Positions 58,432 to 64,000 of a stretch of 64,000 nt of DNA are shown here, piece after piece. Numbering within the stretch: position 1 is the stretch's first letter; each line of letters opens with the position of its first letter. The notes under the pieces are model-generated. The model did no database searches. It saw nothing but the letters and a program-made list of their open reading frames with translations, and had not been told where the DNA came from. This stretch comes from Candidatus Latescibacterota bacterium (GTDB lineage Bacteria; Latescibacterota; UBA2968; UBA8231). Location of the stretch: positions 1,760,001-1,824,000 of the forward strand of contig CBDCSU010000006.1 in NCBI GenBank assembly GCA_965221775.1. Direction: 5' to 3'. Made by a program: the position numbers and the translations under genes.

Positions 58432-59838
58432 ATGGGAGCCGTTGAGGAGATGAAGGTGAGAATCGAGTCCGACAGCATGGGGGAGATCGAGGTCCCGTCC
58501 GGCCGCTACTGGGGAGCGCAGACCCAGCGGTCCCTGCAGAATTTCCGCATCGGCACCGACCGCTTCACGAGGGAGATGATTCGGGCCCTCGGGGTGGTCA
58601 AGATGGCGTCGGCCCAGGCCAACGAGGAGCTGGGCACGCTCGACTCGGAGATCGCGGGGCTGATCGACGCGTCGGCCTCCGAGGTGGCCGACGGCACCCT
58701 CGACGACCATTTCCCGCTCGTGGTCTGGCAGACGGGCTCCGGGACCCAGTCGAACATGAACGCCAACGAGGTGATTTCGAACCGGGCCATCGAGATGGCG
58801 GGCGGAAGGATGGGGTCCAAGGATCCCGTGCACCCGAACGACCACGTCAACCGGGGGCAGTCCTCGAACGACGTCTTTCCCACGGCCATGCACATCGCGG
58901 CAGCGGACGCTGTCGAGAACCAGCTCGTCGGAGCGCTCGAGCAGCTGGCGGCCACCATCGAGGCGAAGTCGGCCGCCTACGACGATGTGATCAAGATCGG
59001 GCGCACCCACCTGCAGGACGCGACGCCACTGACGCTGGGCCAGGAGCTGTCCGGCCACGCCCACCAGCTGCGGGAGGGAATCCGGCGCGCGACCCAGGCT
59101 CTGGGGCCGCTCTACAAGCTCGCCCTTGGGGGAACGGCCGTGGGCACCGGACTCAACGCCCACAGGAACTTCGCGGTCACCGTGGCCGGCCGGATCGCCG
59201 AGATCACCGGCCAGCCCTTCGTCACGGCGCCGAACAAGTTCGAATCCTTGGCCGCCCACGACGCCGTGGTCGAGGCCTCGGGCATGCTGCGGACGATCGC
59301 CGGGTCTCTGATGAAGATCGCCAACGATGTCCGCTGGCTGGCCTCGGGGCCCCGGTGCGGAATCGGCGAGATCCGCATTCCTGAGAACGAGCCCGGCTCT
59401 TCCATCATGCCGGGCAAGGTCAACCCGACCCAGTGCGAGGCTCTGACCATGGTCTGCGTGCAGGTGATGGGGAACGACGCCGCCGTCGGGTTCGGCGGCT
59501 CCCAGGGCAACTTCGAGCTGAACGTCTACAAGCCGGTGATGATTCACAACCTGCTGCACTCGTCCCGCCTGCTGACCGACGCCGTGCGCAGCTTCGACGA
59601 ACACTGCGCCACCGGCATCGAGGCCAACCGCGAGCGCATCGACGAGTTGATGCGCGAGTCCCTTATGCTGGTAACGGCCCTGAACCCCCATATCGGTTAC
59701 GACAACGCCGCCAAGGTAGCCAAGAAGGCCTACACCGAAGGCACCACTCTGGTGCAGGCCGCCGTCGAGCTCGGCCTGCTCACCGAGGAGGAGTTCGCCG
59801 AGAAGGTCCGTCCGGAGCGGATGGTCCGTCCTGGGTGA
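58432..59838 (+). CDS. fumC: Class II fumarate hydratase
   Basis: [56 protein letters not shown]. Confidence 0.97.
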   Translation: MGAVEEMKVRIESDSMGEIEVPSGRYWGAQTQRSLQNFRIGTDRFTREMIRALGVVKMASAQANEELGTLDSEIAGLIDASASEVADGTLDDHFPLVVWQTGSGTQSNMNANEVISNRAIEMAGGRMGSKDPVHPNDHVNRGQSSNDVFPTAMHIAAADAVENQLVGALEQLAATIEAKSAAYDDVIKIGRTHLQDATPLTLGQELSGHAHQLREGIRRATQALGPLYKLALGGTAVGTGLNAHRNFAVTVAGRIAEITGQPFVTAPNKFESLAAHDAVVEASGMLRTIAGSLMKIANDVRWLASGPRCGIGEIRIPENEPGSSIMPGKVNPTQCEALTMVCVQVMGNDAAVGFGGSQGNFELNVYKPVMIHNLLHSSRLLTDAVRSFDEHCATGIEANRERIDELMRESLMLVTALNPHIGYDNAAKVAKKAYTEGTTLVQAAVELGLLTEEEFAEKVRPERMVRPG

Positions 59839-59842
59839 GCCG

Positions 59843-61189
59843 ATGCGTCGCCCCAATGTCATCGTGTTCTTTACCGATCAGCAGCGGTGGGACACGACGG
59901 GCCTGCACGGCAATCCTCTCGATCTGACCCCGAACCTCGACCGCGTCGCCCGAGCCCACACCCACGTGGCCCGGTCCTTCACCTGCCAGCCGGTCTGCGG
60001 CCCGGCCCGCGCCTGCCTGCAGACCGGGCTCTACGCCACCACCACGGGCTGCTACCGCAACGGCATCCCCCTGCCCGACGACAGCCGCACCCTGGCCCAC
60101 TACTTCGACGAGGCCGGGTACGACACGAGCTACATCGGCAAGTGGCATCTCTACGGCCGCGAGACCAAGGGCGCCGTCCCGGCGGAGGAGCGCTTCGGCT
60201 ACCGCTACTGGCTGGCCTCCAACACGCTCGAGTTCACCTCAGACGCCTACGACACCGCCATGTACGATGGCGACGGCAAGGAGGTAAAGCTGCCGGGGTA
60301 CCGCGTCGACGCGGTCACCGACGCCGCGATCCGCTACATCGACGGCCGCGCCGGAGAGCCGGATCCATTCTACCTCTTCGTTTCCTACATCGAGCCCCAC
60401 CACCAGAACCACATCGATGACTACCCGGCGCCCGACGGCTACCGCGAACGCTACACCGGTGGATGGGTGCCGCCGGACCTGGCCGCCCTCGGCGGGTCGA
60501 CCCACCGGCACCTGGGGGGCTACTACGGTATGGTGAAGCGTTTGGACGAGGCCTATGGCCGGCTCCTGGACGCGCTGAAGAGCCTGGGCCTGGCCGAGGA
60601 CACGATCGTCCTCTTCACCTCCGACCACGGTAACCACTTCAAAACCCGCAACTCCGAGTACAAGCGCTCCTGCCACGACAGCTCCATCCGGGTGCCCACC
60701 GTGCTCTCAGGACCGGGCTTCCGCGGCGGCGGCCAGGTGCAGGAGCTGGTCAGCCTCATCGACCTTCCGCCCACGCTGCTCGACGCCGCCGGCCTGGAGG
60801 TCCCCGAGGCGATGCAGGGCCGGTCGATCCTGCCTTTGCTGGGGGGGCGCGGACGGGCCGCGGGCTGGCCCGAGGAGGTCTTCGTGCAGATCAGCGAGGC
60901 CCAGACCGGACGGGCGGTGCGCACGGAACGCTGGAAGTACGGTGTCGACGCGCCCGGGGAGCGCGGCCCCTGGGCGGAGCGCTTCGTCGAGCAGTACCTG
61001 TACGACCTGCACGCCGACCCTTGGGAGCTGGTGAACCTCGTCGCCTCCAAGGCGCACCGACCGGTGGCCGAGGAGATGCGCGGCCGACTGATCCGGCGCA
61101 TGGTGCAGGCGGGGGAGCGGGCCCCCGAGGTCGACCCGGCCGAGGCTTCACCCATGGGCCAGCGGCGCGTGCGGCTGCGGCCGGAGTGA
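59843..61189 (+). CDS. Formylglycine-dependent sulfatase (S1 family, no signal peptide)
   Basis: RPNVIVFFTDQQR, CGPARACLQTG (CxPxR), GKWHL, FTSDHG. Confidence 0.93.
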   Translation: MRRPNVIVFFTDQQRWDTTGLHGNPLDLTPNLDRVARAHTHVARSFTCQPVCGPARACLQTGLYATTTGCYRNGIPLPDDSRTLAHYFDEAGYDTSYIGKWHLYGRETKGAVPAEERFGYRYWLASNTLEFTSDAYDTAMYDGDGKEVKLPGYRVDAVTDAAIRYIDGRAGEPDPFYLFVSYIEPHHQNHIDDYPAPDGYRERYTGGWVPPDLAALGGSTHRHLGGYYGMVKRLDEAYGRLLDALKSLGLAEDTIVLFTSDHGNHFKTRNSEYKRSCHDSSIRVPTVLSGPGFRGGGQVQELVSLIDLPPTLLDAAGLEVPEAMQGRSILPLLGGRGRAAGWPEEVFVQISEAQTGRAVRTERWKYGVDAPGERGPWAERFVEQYLYDLHADPWELVNLVASKAHRPVAEEMRGRLIRRMVQAGERAPEVDPAEASPMGQRRVRLRPE

Positions 61190-61202
61190 GGGTCCCCTGG
61201 CC

Positions 61203-62555
61203 GTGAAGACGGTGAAGTTCGGGGGCAGCTCCCTGGCCACGGCCGGACAGATCCGCAGGGTCGGCGATATTCTGGCCGCCGACGGCGACCGGCGGCTGGT
61301 GGTGGTCAGCGCCCCGGGCAGGAGGGCGGCCGAGGATACCAAGGTCACCGACTTGCTGATCGCCGCCGCAGAGGCCCGGCTCACCCACCGGTCCGGCGAG
61401 GCGGCGCTGACCGAGGCGGTGAACCGGTTCGCAGACCTGGCCAGCGGACTCGGGCTTCCGGCCTCCTGCATGCGCGGAATTGAGCGCGACATGCGCCAAC
61501 GCCTGATGTCCTCCACCGCGGACGAGGGCCTCTATCTGGATTCGATGAAGGCCGCCGGCGAGTGCAACTGCGCCAGACTCGTGGCCGAGTACCTGCGAGG
61601 CCGCGGGCTGGAGGCTCACTTCATCGACCCGCGGGAAGCGGGCCTGATCCTGTCGGCGGAGGCGGGCAACGCCCGGGTCCTGCGCCAGTCCTACGGGAAT
61701 CTGCGCTCGTTACGGGACCGGTCCGGGATCACGGTCTTCCCGGGGTTCTACGGTTACACGGAGTCGGGCCGGCTCGTCACTTTTCCGCGCGGCGGATCCG
61801 ACATCACCGGCGCCATCCTCGCCGCCGCCGTGGGCGCCGACCTCTACGAGAACTTCACCGACGTCGACTCGGTCTTCGCCGCCAGCCCTCGGCTGGTCCC
61901 GGACCCTCGCCCCGTCGGCGAGATCACCTACAGGGAGATGCGGGAGCTCTCCTATGCCGGGTTCTCGGTCTTTCACGACGAGGCCCTGGAGCCGGTGTTC
62001 CACGGCGGGATCCCGGTGGCGGTGAAGAACACCAACAACCCCGACGCCGGGGGTACCCGGATCGTGCCCAGCCGGGTGGTGGAGGGAGCCCCTGTGGCCG
62101 GCATCGCGGCCACCGGCGGCTTCTGCACCGTATACGTCAGCCGCTACCTGATGAACCGTGAGGTCGGTTTCGGCCGCCGGCTTCTGGAGGTCTTCGAGGA
62201 CGAGGCCATCCCTTACGAGCACACCCCTTCCGGAATCGACAACCTGTCCGTCATCGTCCGCGAGGAGTTCTTCGATCACGTCACCGAGGAGCGGGTCCTG
62301 CGCCGCGTGCGCACGGAGCTGGATGCCGACGAGGTCTCGGTGGAGCGCGGGCTGGCGCTGGTGATGGTCGTGGGCGAGGGCATGCGCCACACCATCGGAC
62401 TCGCGGCGAGAACCACGCGGGCCTTCGCGCGGGGCGGGATCAACCTGGAGATGATCAACCAGGGATCGAGTGAGGTGAGCATGATGTTCGGCGTCAAGGA
62501 AGCGGACATGCAGGAGGCTGTGCGGTCCCTGTACGCCGAGTTCTTCCCGGACTGA
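61203..62555 (+). CDS. Aspartate kinase (YclM/AK III-like, two ACT domains)
   Basis: VKFGGSSLA, VVVSAPG, RGGSDITG, NFTDVD, YREMRELSYAGFSVFH, INQGSSEVSMMFG. Confidence 0.94.
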   Translation: MKTVKFGGSSLATAGQIRRVGDILAADGDRRLVVVSAPGRRAAEDTKVTDLLIAAAEARLTHRSGEAALTEAVNRFADLASGLGLPASCMRGIERDMRQRLMSSTADEGLYLDSMKAAGECNCARLVAEYLRGRGLEAHFIDPREAGLILSAEAGNARVLRQSYGNLRSLRDRSGITVFPGFYGYTESGRLVTFPRGGSDITGAILAAAVGADLYENFTDVDSVFAASPRLVPDPRPVGEITYREMRELSYAGFSVFHDEALEPVFHGGIPVAVKNTNNPDAGGTRIVPSRVVEGAPVAGIAATGGFCTVYVSRYLMNREVGFGRRLLEVFEDEAIPYEHTPSGIDNLSVIVREEFFDHVTEERVLRRVRTELDADEVSVERGLALVMVVGEGMRHTIGLAARTTRAFARGGINLEMINQGSSEVSMMFGVKEADMQEAVRSLYAEFFPD

Positions 62556-62580
62556 GAACACCCCCGTTCGAGGCGGGCCC

Positions 62581-64000
62581 ATGATCCCCTATCCCCTGCG
62601 GCAGCTCGGCGAGTTGTGCCGCGCCCACCCCTTGGAGGCGAAGGTTCTCTTCGTGCCCTCCCCGCGCGCTGGGTTCAACCTGACCGGAGCCCTGGCGCGC
62701 TTCGGGCGGTCCTGGACGAACCTGCGCGTCACCACTCCCGGGCGGCATGCCCGGGAAGGCATCCGTCCCTATCAGCCGGGGGCCGGCGACCGCCGCCTCG
62801 ACCAGGAGGGGCGGCGGTGGCTCGTGGAGGCGGTGCTCGCGGGGCCGGCCGGCGAGGGCATCCGCCCCTCCACAAGGGCCGCGGGAGCCGGACTGTCGGA
62901 GGCCCTGCGGCGGACCTTCGACGAGCTTCGCGAGGCCGAAGTAGCCCCCGCGGAATTCGGCGAGCTCCCGCCGGGACCGCTTGCCGGGCTCGGTCCCGTG
63001 TACGTGGCCTACTGCCGCGAGCTCCTGGAGCAGGACTGGTGGGACGAGGCCAGAATCCTGGGCGCCGCCATCGACGCCCTGGAGGGCGGTGACGCCCACC
63101 CCCCGGCGGTGTGGATCGTCACCGACGAGACCGAGATGCCGCCCCTGGCTCACCGATACGTCCTCGCCGTTTCCGGCGGCCGCCTCCACCGCATCGGCCG
63201 CGACTCCTACGGATTGCCGGCCCCCGCGCACAGCGCCGCAGTCCGCTGGGCGAGGGCCGCCATCCCGGGCCTGCGGAAGACGGCGGCCGGCGCGAAGGGC
63301 CAGGGAGAGAGCCCCCACCCGACCACTCTGCGTCCCCCGGAGGCTCGATCCAGTACTCCGTCCCGTCGCACCGGACCCCTGGAGCAGGGCGACCTGTTCC
63401 TGGAACAGCTGCGGGCCGGAGAGAGGGCGGTGCCGCGCGGGCGGCTGGGACCACCGGCCGGACCGGCGTCGCCGGCCGTCGAAGTGGCACCGGGGGGGCG
63501 GCTTCTCACAAGCGGCCTGGAGGCTGCGGACCGCGACCGGGTCCGGCTTTGGCGCACGATCGGCATGGAGACGGAGATCCGTGCCGTCGTGAGGGATGTG
63601 CTGCACCGTGGCCTGCCTCTGGACGAGGTCGAGATCGCCTACACCCGCCCAGATCCCTACCGGTTCCTGCTGTTCGACGCCATCGAGCGATGGGGGTTGC
63701 CGGCCGATTTCGCGGGCGGTGTGCCGGTCGAGGGGACCGGTCCGGGGCGCGCCCTGGCGGCCTTCCTGGGGTGGATCCGCGGCGGCCTGGACGGGATCGA
63801 CCTGGCCCGCGGACTGAGGTGCGATGACATGGGCTGGGAGGATTCCGAGGCGCCTCCGCGGGCCGTCGCCCATCTGCTGCTGGCCGGGCGGGTGGGACGG
63901 GGTCCCGGGGCCGCCGCGGAAGCGCTGAATCGCGTCGAAGGCGGGGAGCCGGATCCCGAGGGCCTGGAGCCCTCGGCTGCCGCTGCGGCCGGGCGCCGGC
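62581..64000 (+). CDS. AddB-like helicase/nuclease subunit, N-terminal part (runs off the window, absent from the ORF track)
   Basis: Manual translation is open from ATG 62581 to the window end: KVLFVPS..G, NLRVTT, ALRRTFDELREA, ETEIRAVVRDVL..GLPLDEVEIAY. These patterns recall AddB/PD-(D/E)XK nuclease N-termini, but the nuclease domain is not visible. Confidence 0.6.
   Translation, partial: MIPYPLRQLGELCRAHPLEAKVLFVPSPRAGFNLTGALARFGRSWTNLRVTTPGRHAREGIRPYQPGAGDRRLDQEGRRWLVEAVLAGPAGEGIRPSTRAAGAGLSEALRRTFDELREAEVAPAEFGELPPGPLAGLGPVYVAYCRELLEQDWWDEARILGAAIDALEGGDAHPPAVWIVTDETEMPPLAHRYVLAVSGGRLHRIGRDSYGLPAPAHSAAVRWARAAIPGLRKTAAGAKGQGESPHPTTLRPPEARSSTPSRRTGPLEQGDLFLEQLRAGERAVPRGRLGPPAGPASPAVEVAPGGRLLTSGLEAADRDRVRLWRTIGMETEIRAVVRDVLHRGLPLDEVEIAYTRPDPYRFLLFDAIERWGLPADFAGGVPVEGTGPGRALAAFLGWIRGGLDGIDLARGLRCDDMGWEDSEAPPRAVAHLLLAGRVGRGPGAAAEALNRVEGGEPDPEGLEPSAAAAAGRR

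Noticed and set aside
57064-59862. 932-aa minus-strand ORF
   Set aside because: Antisense shadow of the binding-protein gene and fumC. Long stop-free antisense frames are expected in high-GC coding DNA, and no motif is recognisable.

Overview
A high-GC chromosomal window of mostly core genes that contains the replication origin. Genes switch from mainly minus-strand to plus-strand around rpmH/dnaA, a DnaA-box cluster with a trinucleotide repeat lies between dnaA and dnaN, and two parS palindromes lie between mnmE and rsmG. Left to right: a PhyH dioxygenase and Ldh_2 dehydrogenase pair; a rearranged ispE-tRNA-Gln-rplY-pth-hppA-rpsF-DUF2232-rplI block lacking prs, ssb and rpsR; a giant TPR protein, sigma54 activator, HtrA and M24 peptidase run; a variant System I cytochrome c maturation operon (CxxxY-type CcmE, CcmF fused to a five-cysteine CcmH-like domain, two uncharacterised embedded genes, ccmABCD); tandem DUF151 genes, two glycosyltransferases and a PufC-like diheme cytochrome c; sucCD next to an E. 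coli-type frdABCD; rpmA, rplU, rng, ctpA, tmk, a PgsA-like enzyme, rsmG, mnmE, yidC, yidD, rnpA, rpmH; dnaA, oriC, dnaN, recF, dciA, gyrB, gyrA; three tRNAs; a sugar-type ABC transporter without ATPase, fumC, a sulfatase, aspartokinase and the start of an AddB-like gene. I saw no CRISPR array, transposase, integrase or phage gene. The gene content suggests a diderm of the FCB group, possibly Latescibacterota-like (inference only). The best leads are the ccm operon with its unexplained components, a gyrase substituted at both the coumarin and quinolone contact residues, and an atypical origin/partition layout. All assignments come from motif recognition by eye, with no database searches, so none of these leads is shown to be novel.
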